DNA of 46,365 bases from a virus (lineage: Duplodnaviria > Caudoviricetes): positions 1-46,365 of the IMG/VR virus record IMGVR_UViG_3300027412_000039. One strand, given 5' to 3'. Numbering within the stretch: position 1 is the stretch's first letter; each line of letters opens with the position of its first letter. The notes beneath the pieces are model-generated. The model had not been told where the DNA came from. It saw only the letters and a program-made list of their open reading frames with translations, and did not search any database. This document shows, in pieces, positions 27,220 to 36,891 of this stretch. The position numbers and the translations under genes were made by a program.

Positions 27220-28497
27220 CTACAAAATTGCTGCGTCTTCAACGTTTCCTTCTCGATCCAACGAAAGTGATAGCGATAGTTCTTTTCCACGACCAAGCAA
27301 CGTTCGTGAATTTTCTTGAAGATTGTAATTAACTTTATTAAAACTTTCGGACATTTGGAGTGAAGCATATTGTATTTCTCTTGCGGCACGCTGAACACTT
27401 TCTCGACGAAACGTCAACATTTCATTGCTATTTGTTTTTACAGAATTTGTGAGTAGTTCGTTTGATTTTTTTTCAAAGGACTCAGAGAAACTTTCTATCA
27501 GTTGTTCCCATGTATTCAAATCAAGCTTGGTTCGGGTGTATATCCGTTCACAGGGGTCTTGATAGGTCATAATGATATTGGTTAGGCATGCTAGCTCGAT
27601 TAGTAAAGTCCAGCGTATGTTGATTACTTCAAATCGCTTTGTGATATCTTTCAAAGCTTTGTGGCAGTCGTCAGTTCCGACCCACTGTTTATCAATAACA
27701 CTTTTTGTATTTTGCGTAAGGGTTTTCAAATCTTCTTCAATTTGGGAGTACATGATGTAGGCGTCTTTTGAGATTGTTTCAAGTACATTTTTTTGCGGCT
27801 CAGAAAGAGCATCCGGCAACGCTGCTAACTTGATTTTTTCGCCAATTTCCCGCAAATAATTTATAGTGCCTTTAATTTTTGCGATGAATTCATTGTCGAA
27901 GGAATTCTGCAATTGATCTATCGATCTCTGTATGCCAACCAAGCTTCGTTCAATGTCCGCGAGGTGCGATTGGGCTACAGCAATGCTTACAAGTTGAAAG
28001 GCGCCTGTTGCTAGCTGTTTAAGCTTTCCCGATTCTACAACTCTTGCTTTGCCAACAACTTTTCCAGTAGAGTCAACTGCATCAGCTAAAACCTCACCAG
28101 ACCTTGTTTTCATCATTGTGTAGGCGCCATCTCTAAGTCCTTCTTGGACTTCTGATTTAAAAACAATTTCTATTGTCTTTTTGGAGATGCTGGTGGTGCC
28201 TTTTACGGAGTCGGCAATTAGCTGAGTTACCCTTTTAATGGGTTGGCTAGAGAGATCAAGGTGGCGGGCACTATTTGGTATGCGTCTGATCTCATGCCCA
28301 AATATTTCAATGTTCCCCTGCTCGTTTGCTAGTCCCATGACCCCTTCGGGGATGATAGGTACTAAATCCAGTTTCACAGGTTCCATTATTTTTGTATCTG
28401 GGACATTCGTGATGGAGGTGAATATCTTTTTTCGGAAAAAGAAGCCGATCAGTCCGCCTATTACTGCCGCAAAAATTATTGATGATATGTAAATCAT
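27220..28497 (-). CDS. Hypothetical protein with N-terminal membrane anchor and helical/coiled-coil body
   Basis: 425-aa AT-rich ORF; hydrophobic N-terminus; no recognised catalytic motif. Confidence 0.8.
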   Translation of the reverse strand: MIYISSIIFAAVIGGLIGFFFRKKIFTSITNVPDTKIMEPVKLDLVPIIPEGVMGLANEQGNIEIFGHEIRRIPNSARHLDLSSQPIKRVTQLIADSVKGTTSISKKTIEIVFKSEVQEGLRDGAYTMMKTRSGEVLADAVDSTGKVVGKARVVESGKLKQLATGAFQLVSIAVAQSHLADIERSLVGIQRSIDQLQNSFDNEFIAKIKGTINYLREIGEKIKLAALPDALSEPQKNVLETISKDAYIMYSQIEEDLKTLTQNTKSVIDKQWVGTDDCHKALKDITKRFEVINIRWTLLIELACLTNIIMTYQDPCERIYTRTKLDLNTWEQLIESFSESFEKKSNELLTNSVKTNSNEMLTFRRESVQRAAREIQYASLQMSESFNKVNYNLQENSRTLLGRGKELSLSLSLDREGNVEDAAIL

Positions 28498-28539
28498 AAA
28501 AAATCCCTAAAAAAATACAGAAAAATGGACTCATCCCTT

Positions 28540-28742
28540 TTACATTGAAGTTGCATCACTCCTCTCGCGCTGCCAGCCAGCGAGAAACGACCCATGGCTT
28601 TCCACGGAGTGCTTGCCAAGCAAAAGTCCCTCGACGCTGATATCTTCGTCGATATCATCCCAATGAATTCCAGAACCTTGACCGATCAGCCGCCAGCCAA
28701 TGGGTCCATCAGGCTTAGCGTGAGCGACGCGGATACCACCAA
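28540..28742 (-). pseudogene. DUF2442-family (antitoxin-like) fragment
   Basis: WRLIGQGSGIHWDDIDEDISVEGLL is the C-terminal half; the upstream WYPR is out of frame with AHA; the N-terminal half is missing. Confidence 0.65.
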
Positions 28743-28910
28743 AAAACATTTTGGATGAAAATGATGTTTAAAATAATCACTTGCCGAATACAGGTTATAC
28801 ACATAACAGCAACTCACAGTGAGAATTTGAATGCTGATATATATTTCCAGTCATTTTTAACACAACAACTAATGCAACCTGAACGACTATAGATGGCACA
28901 AACTCGACCA

Positions 28911-29316
28911 CCACGAACAGCAGCTTTCTGCCAGCCAAAATTCCACCGTCATCTTACGCCCGCCGCCGCATCCTGCACATCCAAAAAATTCCCGCGCACA
29001 CCCGCCGGACTCGACGCATCGACGCCAGCACGGTCAGGCTTCCAGAAATTCAGGTTTTCAGATTTCCGCCTCCCCTGCCCCCTCGACCGACCAAAAAACC
29101 TGCACCGGCCCAAAACTTTGCCCGAGGCGGCCACGGCGGCCTGCCGGATGGGGGCAGTGATCCCACCCTGCAACCGGTGCCGACTCGGGCGGTTCCTGGG
29201 CCAACCCGGTGCAACCTGCCTGCGCATCCCCTCTAAAAGGTCCCCGTTAATTCAACCGGATCGGCGTCGAGGCGTCGGGTGCGACGAGTTTCTGGGAAAT
29301 TTTATTACATCAGATC
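28911..29316 (+). repeat. Long island repeat, copy C
   Basis: Colinear with 26591-27007, including GCCTGCCGGATGGGGGCAGTGATCCC. Confidence 0.9.
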
Positions 29317-29395
29317 AGTTTACGCAGCAGACACATTCCGAACGGTCAAGAGCGACAGATAGGATAAATTCAGACAAGGCTACCAATATTATTCA

Positions 29396-30337
29396 TCATT
29401 TTATTAACTCCACAGCTTTTGCGCTGGGACCTTTATCATTTTGACTAATTTGGTACCTGACCTTGTCATTTTCTTTTAAAGAATTAAAAATATCGCCTTT
29501 TACTTCTGAGTGATGAAAAAATAAGTTTTCTCCACCACTGTCAGGCTTCACGAAACCATAACCATCTTTTAGTGACAACAATTTCCCCGTATTTTCCTTT
29601 GGCGTAGTAATGGTCGCTGTAGGTTGAAGGGGTATTGCCACCCCAGTAGAGACTTGGTTTCCCTGTTTAATTTGTGGTTGAGGTGCTGATTCTCGCTGAG
29701 GTATGAATAATCCATTAATTAGTGGATCGTCTTTACGTGATCGGTCATCAATTTCTTGATGCATCATCAATGGGTACGTAACTTCGTCCAATAAGGATTG
29801 AGCCATCCTCGTTTCACGTTCAGTTCCGTTATAATCAGTAATCTTGAAGTCCCATCCGACAAGTACAACTCTCGTGCCAAGTGAATTTAGTTTCCGCACC
29901 AGAGGCAAGAAATCCCCATCGCCAGCCACCAACACAATTACGTCAAATCTCTTATATATTGCCAGCTCAAACGCCTCCAATGCGAGCCACACATCAATGC
30001 CTTTTTCACCTCCTTGACTAAGGTGCAGATAGTGCGCAACAACCCCCTCACGAATCAAAATATCATCGAACTGACGATCTCTAAAAAGTTGATCGCGCTG
30101 CTCTGCGTCGGCAGCTTTCAAACGACCACGAAAATAGTGCGCATCAACAATCTGGCAATATCTATTGTCAGTGCTTTCAATTTTAGCGACTTCATTACGA
30201 ATAAAATGATGCAACCCTGAGATACTTATTCTTGCTCGACGTGCATGGTGAAAATTATAGTAATTACTGACATGTAAAAAGTAGTTACCATCATAGAACA
30301 CGCCAATACGCGTCAGTTTTCCATCACCATTGTTCAT
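29396..30337 (-). CDS. NYN (LabA/DUF88, PIN-like) nuclease domain fused to a cold-shock domain
   Basis: VFYDGNY, EKGIDVWLA, VAGDGDFLP; C-terminal DGYGFV..LFFHHS...DKGPSA. Confidence 0.9.
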   Translation of the reverse strand: MNNGDGKLTRIGVFYDGNYFLHVSNYYNFHHARRARISISGLHHFIRNEVAKIESTDNRYCQIVDAHYFRGRLKAADAEQRDQLFRDRQFDDILIREGVVAHYLHLSQGGEKGIDVWLALEAFELAIYKRFDVIVLVAGDGDFLPLVRKLNSLGTRVVLVGWDFKITDYNGTERETRMAQSLLDEVTYPLMMHQEIDDRSRKDDPLINGLFIPQRESAPQPQIKQGNQVSTGVAIPLQPTATITTPKENTGKLLSLKDGYGFVKPDSGGENLFFHHSEVKGDIFNSLKENDKVRYQISQNDKGPSAKAVELIK

Positions 30338-30520
30338 AGTAATTCCTTTATTGATATGAGATACAGCCTGCTCAGCTAAAATTTGGCGAGCATCTTACAC
30401 CCGCCACCAGCCAGCACACCGTCCACCACAAAAATAAAGTGCAGGAGTAGGCCACAAGACCCTCTCCCCGGAGCAGGCCAACCATGCACCCGCCCCGGGA
30501 CCTTTACTGCTGCCTACCGA

Positions 30521-31822
30521 TCATGCCGCCAAACACACCTCACCCTCCTGAAGCACATCCGCCTGCAACAACTCAGGCAACGCCAGCGGAACCACATCGA
30601 CCACATCACCCTGCAAGACACCAGAAGGCAACTCCGGCACCGCCGTCACCGAAGCCTGCATGGCACCCTGAATCATCACCGAAGCACAGTTGGCTGCACT
30701 CTGCAAAGTCTTCGTGGACAGATGACTATACCTTTCCGTGACTATGGATTGGCTGTGCCCAAGAATCTGCTGCACCTCATACAGAGTACGACCGGAGTTC
30801 ACCAAGAAACTGGCAAAGCTATGCCGAAGATCATGCAGCCTGAGATGCGGCAGTCCAGCCTTTTCCCGTAACCTCGTCCAGACTTTCATCACGGTGGTGT
30901 ACGGCTTGCCAGTCTGATGATTGATAAACAAATGGTCAAAGCCCTTCGTATCCTCCATCTGCTTCAGGATAATATCCAGACTGGCATCATTCAGCGGCAC
31001 AGAGCGAACCCTCTTCCCCTTGGCATTGATTGCAGCAATTTTCAACGTCCGATTCTCGATGCTGATATCCGACTTCTTCGCACTGAGAATTTCGTTGAGG
31101 CGGCAACCAGTACCCAGCAAGAGGATGGCGATATTGCAGACAGGCCGATTTGCATCCGTCCGCAACACATCCATCAGCTTGCCCAGTTGCTCGTCGTCCA
31201 GGTAGTGTTCGACCTTGTTGTCATGATTAAAAAGCTTGAAATTCGCCAAAGGGTTCTTGTCTAGCAATCCAAACTCTATACTCATAGCACATAAGCGACG
31301 TAACATCTTCGGATGGTGGTCACACGAACTTCCAGAAAGACCTTCCTCAAGCAATCCAGCGTGGAACACAGCGACCTTTTGCTTCTGTATCTGATCGAGC
31401 CGGAGATGACCGAATGCCGCCCTGATGCGTGAAAACAGCTGCACATCGCGTTTCCAGCTGCGTTTGTGAACTTTGGCATAGGGCAAGTACGTTTCATCGA
31501 AGAAGTCGGCCAGCGTCGGGATGGCGCGCTGTGCCTTTGCTGTTGCACGCGGGTCAGCACCCAACTCAATCTCAGCCTTGAGCGTCTTGGCCTGTTTGCG
31601 GGCATCTGCGAGCGACATGTCAGTACGGCTTATTTTTTGGTGACAGGTCTTTCCAGTTATATCCTTGTATCTAAAGTAAAAAGTTCCATTTCCTTGACTT
31701 GTTGCGCGGACCTCGACGTATAGGCCGGGTTGGTCCATATCGCAGAATTCGATGCGGGATTTTCCTACGGGACAGTGCAGATCGTTGTTGATGAAGCTTT
31801 GCGTCAGTTTGATGACTGGCAT
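30521..31822 (-). CDS. Island tyrosine integrase with N-terminal arm-binding domain
   Basis: AAGGAG RBS; PGLYVEV..GTFYFRY, MSLADARK, GCRLNEI, HDLRH, LGH, TERY. Confidence 0.93.
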   Translation of the reverse strand: MPVIKLTQSFINNDLHCPVGKSRIEFCDMDQPGLYVEVRATSQGNGTFYFRYKDITGKTCHQKISRTDMSLADARKQAKTLKAEIELGADPRATAKAQRAIPTLADFFDETYLPYAKVHKRSWKRDVQLFSRIRAAFGHLRLDQIQKQKVAVFHAGLLEEGLSGSSCDHHPKMLRRLCAMSIEFGLLDKNPLANFKLFNHDNKVEHYLDDEQLGKLMDVLRTDANRPVCNIAILLLGTGCRLNEILSAKKSDISIENRTLKIAAINAKGKRVRSVPLNDASLDIILKQMEDTKGFDHLFINHQTGKPYTTVMKVWTRLREKAGLPHLRLHDLRHSFASFLVNSGRTLYEVQQILGHSQSIVTERYSHLSTKTLQSAANCASVMIQGAMQASVTAVPELPSGVLQGDVVDVVPLALPELLQADVLQEGEVCLAA

Positions 31823-31890
31823 GGTGTACTCCTTATAAGTATGTGAATCGGCAACCACAGCAACATGGCTACCGATCCGTGGAATTAAAC

Positions 31891-32202
31891 TCAGTGCTGG
31901 TTATTGGCCATACTGATCAATGTGCCGATCGTGACGGGCCTGCGCAGCTTCAAGGTAAACGACCGCCATTTACTCCGGATTTCCTTTTCGCCTTTGTACT
32001 TCTGCCCCAGCGAACTCCACGCGTTTGCAATCTCAAACCCTTCCTCGCTGCCGCCTGACTCGTGATAGATACCCATCAGAACCCGTAGCCAGCCCGCATA
32101 CGGCAAGTCGGGATCAAGCTGTTCCAGCAGTTGCCGGACACGCTCCAGGTTGGCTGGATTCGGTTGTGATAAGGAACGAGGATACGTTTGTGGAAATGAC
32201 AT
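31891..32202 (-). CDS. Stand-alone PriCT-2 domain protein
   Basis: LDPDLPYAGWLRVLMGI, AWSSLGQKY, KWRSF, VTIGTL; AGGAG RBS. Confidence 0.85.
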   Translation of the reverse strand: MSFPQTYPRSLSQPNPANLERVRQLLEQLDPDLPYAGWLRVLMGIYHESGGSEEGFEIANAWSSLGQKYKGEKEIRSKWRSFTLKLRRPVTIGTLISMANNQH

Positions 32203-32293
32203 GGCTAATCTCCTGTAAATTAGATACTGATTGTTTTGAAATGGTTTTGTGACTGGCATCCTTTCACGCCAGCCACCTGATTAAACCGACCGC

Positions 32294-32623
32294 CTATGCA
32301 GCAACGCCATCGCTACTGACAACAGACAAATCACCTTCTTCGATTAAAAGTAGCATGCAGGCACCGAGAACCTTGCGCTCAACACTATCGAGAGACGCCA
32401 GAAATTCATCACTGAAACTATCATCCAGAGGATGAACCTCGTTGTACTCAAAAAAGACGTCTTCAAGTTCATCCTTCAGGCGACTAATGAACGAAAAAGG
32501 GACGAGATGATCATTGACCAGCACATAGCCATACTTGCCTTCCCTAGAAAATTGCCCTTCCATACAGCCAAGATGATTCGAATCAAATTTTGCGTATTGG
32601 AATGATTCAACGTATTTGTACAT
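32294..32623 (-). CDS. Hypothetical protein
   Basis: ATG at 32623 with AAAGG RBS; acidic, 109 aa. Confidence 0.6.
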   Translation of the reverse strand: MYKYVESFQYAKFDSNHLGCMEGQFSREGKYGYVLVNDHLVPFSFISRLKDELEDVFFEYNEVHPLDDSFSDEFLASLDSVERKVLGACMLLLIEEGDLSVVSSDGVAA

Positions 32624-32962
32624 ACAAGACCTTTCAAAAATTATTGCGATTGAATGCTGATTTCCGCGTAAATCGATCGCACACTTGGCGACCCGACGGT
32701 ATCGTCGCCGGGCAACAGCCAGCCGCCCCTTGCAGTACATGGGTTCGCGTCGAGGCGACGATTGCGCCGATTAATTTGGAAAATTTATTTTGGCAGCGGC
32801 GAGTCCCGAAATTCTTTCACTCAGGACGGCCAACTACACCGTTTGTGCCGAACTACTTGACGAACCTGACAACCCGGCGTTTTCCGAATTATTTCAAAGG
32901 ATTAGCCGGAGTCATCTGCGTCAATTGCGTTGTATTACCTGACGATCACATTTCCACTTCAA

Positions 32963-34705
32963 TTAAAACTGATCGTCATAATCATCAACAACGCCTTCTA
33001 TCTTTACGGTGATCATTCTTTCCTTGCCACGCGTAAATTCCAGAAATACACCCTGTGTCATCAAACCGGCCTGCAAGGGTTTGAGCCGCTTCGTTAATGC
33101 GATGGCATTCTGCGGCCATTCACGGGATCTCTGTGTTTGTGCAGATGCCTGCATAGTGAGCTTATTAAGCAATTCCGCTGGCGTACCGCTCCAGTCACTC
33201 CCGGCCACCTGCCGCGCAAAGTCCAGCACCTCAGACGCAAGAAGATTCTCTTGCAAGCTATCACGCTGCCCCTGATTCAGAGCCTTACTGTACTCGGCTT
33301 GGTAAGTGCCAGCGGGAGCGCCATCCACCATTTCCATGGCCGCCAGCCAGCAAACGAAGTCCAGCATGCGTTCGGGGTTCGTAACCTTGGCGGCAGGCAG
33401 GTGGGTAAGGATGTCGGCAATCAGCCTGAACAGGCCGCCCATGATGGCAGGCAAGTCCTGTTGGAATTCTCGTTCCAGTTGCACTTCAGACTTGCGCTGA
33501 TTTTCGTTGATGGGCAGCAACTCAAGCGGTAAGCAACGCTGCGCCAAGTCAGGCTGATCAATGAACGAGTGAATGCCGTTTAAAACCAAAGCAACATGCA
33601 ACTGAATCACGTTCATGTCGGCATCGGAATACAACTGCCGGGAACTGATGGCACCTCCAGTTGCCGCCGTACACAGGTTGTCGGCCATGCTTGGGCTGAT
33701 TGCGCGCAGGTTGTCGTAACAAAGAACATGGGCGTTCTGCGCTGCAATCGAGAGGTCCTTCGGATTGGAAGGCATAATCTGCACGGCGACGATGCTGGGG
33801 TCGATCAGCTGCTGAATTCTTCGACAGAGTAGGCTTTTTCCAGTGCCATAATTCCCTTGCAATACAAGTATCACGAACTTGCTGGCTGGAATTTTTGGGT
33901 GTGCCAGCGTGTACGACACCCATGCTGTGAAGAGAATGCGCTGAATCGGGGACAGATTAAGGTACCGATCCAGCAGGCGGAGATTGCCGGTCTGTACTGG
34001 CATCGCCATCGCTTTGGAAACCTGCGAACGACTGAACAGCACACCCGATCCGGCGCTGACAACCTCGACCTGTCCGGGCGTGATCCTCACATGGGTGTGC
34101 TGGTCGTCACCGAGATCGATGACAATACCTTCATCAGTTTGAGCCACGCGATGCCACACATCCCGGCGGACACCCGCCATTTCGGCTTCGGCCTGTAGGG
34201 AATGATTCAGATCAGATAAATCGTTCTTCCGTAGCCTGATCCCCTCATTCATGGCCAACTGGCGAATGCGATTATTGAGAGCCTTGCTCCCAACTGCCAG
34301 CGCGTAAGCATTGCCTGCGCCTTGAATGATTGCGTAAGCTTTCCCGTTCTGCCCGAGGATAATTTTCAATGTCTCGGCCAAATTGTCCGGGAACCGCTTA
34401 GGCTTAACGACGACTTGAGTATCTTCATGTTCGACAGTGATTAGTTCTTGTACTGGCAAACATACTGAATTCTCAGGTTCGATCTGAACAGTAGGCACTT
34501 CAGCTTCCTGCTCGATGCAGCTTGCAACTTCGACTTGCTCAGGATCAATGACTATTTCCTGTACGCAAGCAGCTACTGAAACCACCTCTACTGGCGACGG
34601 GCTATCATTTCTTGCCGTGCCAGTAGTAGTTGCAGCAGCTATGAGTTCCCATAACTGACTCTTGGGAATCGGACTGCCTGTTACTGATTGCTCCGCTGAT
34701 ACCAT
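32963..34705 (-). CDS. P-loop ATPase / replicative helicase-like protein
   Basis: Walker A GNYGTGKS, CYDNL, ATGG..SSRQLYSD, DLAQRC; C-terminal winged-helix-like WSGTPAELL..WPQNA. Confidence 0.8.
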   Translation of the reverse strand: MVSAEQSVTGSPIPKSQLWELIAAATTTGTARNDSPSPVEVVSVAACVQEIVIDPEQVEVASCIEQEAEVPTVQIEPENSVCLPVQELITVEHEDTQVVVKPKRFPDNLAETLKIILGQNGKAYAIIQGAGNAYALAVGSKALNNRIRQLAMNEGIRLRKNDLSDLNHSLQAEAEMAGVRRDVWHRVAQTDEGIVIDLGDDQHTHVRITPGQVEVVSAGSGVLFSRSQVSKAMAMPVQTGNLRLLDRYLNLSPIQRILFTAWVSYTLAHPKIPASKFVILVLQGNYGTGKSLLCRRIQQLIDPSIVAVQIMPSNPKDLSIAAQNAHVLCYDNLRAISPSMADNLCTAATGGAISSRQLYSDADMNVIQLHVALVLNGIHSFIDQPDLAQRCLPLELLPINENQRKSEVQLEREFQQDLPAIMGGLFRLIADILTHLPAAKVTNPERMLDFVCWLAAMEMVDGAPAGTYQAEYSKALNQGQRDSLQENLLASEVLDFARQVAGSDWSGTPAELLNKLTMQASAQTQRSREWPQNAIALTKRLKPLQAGLMTQGVFLEFTRGKERMITVKIEGVVDDYDDQF

Positions 34706-34790
34706 TTTGACCTCCTCTTTGTTTTGAGGACTCAAATGTCTCATTTCATCTGTGGTAAATATCTAATTTACCAAAAGGTAAAAAGTAAAT

Positions 34791-35624
34791 TTATTTTGCG
34801 GGAAGCATTGATCGTTGAATTTTCTTAGCTTCTGTTATCAGAGTTTGAATGGACTTGGCCGACATACCTTTCAACTCCACATTTCTGTTGGCAGCAGTGG
34901 ATAATTCAACCAAACGCTTGATTATCCCATCAACATTTGGACGTCCATCCTCATGATGATAACGCGGTGCTGTGTCGGCATAAGCATCAACAAGAAAAGC
35001 GAAGGTTACTAAAAAACGATTAGCCTTTATTTTGCTCATATCTTCAGATATATCTAATTCTTCATTCTGCTGTGCAATTTGGCATGGTGCCCTAACTTCA
35101 GGCTTAGGTTCTTCATCGTCAAAAATGGATATTCCGTACTTGTCCTTTGCCCATTTCTTCAAGCTGTTTATCGTTACATGTAACTTTCCAGAGTCTGCCG
35201 TAGATTGTCGATCTATCCTCAAAATGGATGATCCTGCTTGGTCAAACTCCTTGTCGAGCTCCTCGTCAATATCGCAAAGGTACACGGAAACTTTTCGAAT
35301 CAAATCATCGCACTCTGCAAGCGCATGAGCTTTTTCAACAAGAACATCCTCTGACAAACCATCACAAACAGCCTCGTTATATCGATTCCACTCAGCATTT
35401 CTCAGGATCGTAAGATGCTCTTGCAGGCTATACACCAATGAATGCGTGTAAACCAGATTATCAGTTGTAATTTCATCCTCATCGACATCAACCGGGTAGT
35501 CATGGCGAATATGCCCCCTCATCCAGCCTATAAGTTTGGCTGCGGCTTCTTCTTTCGTACAACTGGTCCTCATGTCCAGATTGACATTGTCTGTAGGATA
35601 AAATTTATCTGTACTTTTTGACAT
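34791..35624 (-). CDS. Hypothetical protein
   Basis: About 277-aa ORF upstream of the ATPase; no motif recognised. Confidence 0.7.
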   Translation of the reverse strand: MSKSTDKFYPTDNVNLDMRTSCTKEEAAAKLIGWMRGHIRHDYPVDVDEDEITTDNLVYTHSLVYSLQEHLTILRNAEWNRYNEAVCDGLSEDVLVEKAHALAECDDLIRKVSVYLCDIDEELDKEFDQAGSSILRIDRQSTADSGKLHVTINSLKKWAKDKYGISIFDDEEPKPEVRAPCQIAQQNEELDISEDMSKIKANRFLVTFAFLVDAYADTAPRYHHEDGRPNVDGIIKRLVELSTAANRNVELKGMSAKSIQTLITEAKKIQRSMLPAK

Positions 35625-35962
35625 TTCGTTCCTGCTGTCTTTCAAGTTATTGGCAGAGGCATCCTACCGAAATCTTTTGCAACTGGATATAACCTGACGC
35701 ATTGCCGCCAACGTGACGCGAGCAAACCTATGCTGCATATAGGTCCCGTCAGGTACGTCGATTGCGTCGGATAATTTCAAATACATAAAATTGTGTCAGC
35801 TGGGGCCATAGCGATCACCGTACCGCCCCGAAAAAATTCTAAAAAATTTCCCGAAAGCCCTCGACGCACTCGACGCATTGGCGCCATTCCATGAAACATA
35901 TGGGTTCCTGGGAGGCGACATTTGCGCCGATGCGTCGAGTCGTCGAGTGAGTTGAAAAACTT

Positions 35963-36376
35963 TTAATCAATTGCCTGCATGATGCTGCTTACATCCGCAT
36001 GGTCCAGAGCGAACTCCCTGATCAGATGGTACTGCTCCGCGCATGTCTCTGCAAACGCGCCATCACCGAAGCTCAGATGCGAGTAGGCATACAAGCACGC
36101 AACAAGGCCCATCGTTTCGCCCGACATGCGGCCCTCGTATCCATTTTCGGCAGACACGCTAAACAGCTCCTCCGATGCCGGGGCCATGTAAAATCCGCCA
36201 TTGCTCAACTTGTAGAATTCCCAGTAGCCACCGTCATACTCAGCGGCAAGGTTCCCGGCGATGGTGAAGATTGTCGGTTCAAGACGCATGGGGAAATTCA
36301 GGCCGAACAGCCGGGCCGTGTGATTTACGCGCTGATTGATGGCGATACGTTGACGTGTGATATTTGATGTACTCAT
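35963..36376 (-). CDS. Antirestriction protein (ArdB/KlcA family)
   Basis: YDGGYWEFYKLSNGGFYMAP, NGYEGRMS, GLVACLYAYS. Confidence 0.9.
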   Translation of the reverse strand: MSTSNITRQRIAINQRVNHTARLFGLNFPMRLEPTIFTIAGNLAAEYDGGYWEFYKLSNGGFYMAPASEELFSVSAENGYEGRMSGETMGLVACLYAYSHLSFGDGAFAETCAEQYHLIREFALDHADVSSIMQAID

Positions 36377-36544
36377 TTCGATACTCCTTCATGTTGTTGA
36401 AAAAAATAAGCCCCGGCCCACTTCCTCCAGACGTGACTGAACCTCCGCATATAGCCGGATCGTTTATGTCGTCTGAGGAAAGTGAGTTTGGGGAGTGGTG
36501 CGGGAAAAGGTGCGTGTATCTGAACTGCGTGTCGGTTGAGAAAA

Positions 36545-36682
36545 TCAGTCCAGACAGAATGTGCCGATCTCATCTGAATTGAGCCTGCCGACTTGTGCCT
36601 GGACAACACCGACTATCGACTCTTCCGGCATATCCCAGCAGAAAACTTGTTCAATCGAATCCAGCAATGTGTTGATGTCCAT
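36545..36682 (-). CDS. Small acidic protein (45 aa, not in track)
   Basis: AAAGGAG RBS; MDINTLLDSIEQVFCWDMPEESIVGVVQAQVGRLNSDEIGTFCLD. Confidence 0.55.
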   Translation of the reverse strand: MDINTLLDSIEQVFCWDMPEESIVGVVQAQVGRLNSDEIGTFCLD

Positions 36683-36714
36683 TTTTGAAACTCCTTTGAA
36701 TATGAGTGGTTGAA

Positions 36715-36891
36715 TTATTTGTTGCGAAGGTAAAGAATTGCGCCGATCGCTCCGCCGATGACGAGCAGCGAAATAATCAAGAGCGGTTTAAACAGAAGAG
36801 AAAACGCCATCACCACGACTACGATCAAGAAAGTCCATTTCAAGGCAAGGCACAGCAGGGTTACGAGGGCTAAGGTAATGAGGATCAGCAT
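36715..36891 (-). CDS. Small hydrophobic membrane protein (58 aa)
   Basis: AAAGGAG RBS before ATG at 36891; MLILITLALVTLLCLALKWTF...LYLRNK. Confidence 0.65.
   Translation of the reverse strand: MLILITLALVTLLCLALKWTFLIVVVVMAFSLLFKPLLIISLLVIGGAIGAILYLRNK

Noticed and set aside
23553-29444. Pro/Gly/Arg-rich ORFs over repeats A, B and C (also over E, 42744-43233)
   Set aside because: Frames are not conserved between copies, indels break them and there are no RBSs; treated as non-coding
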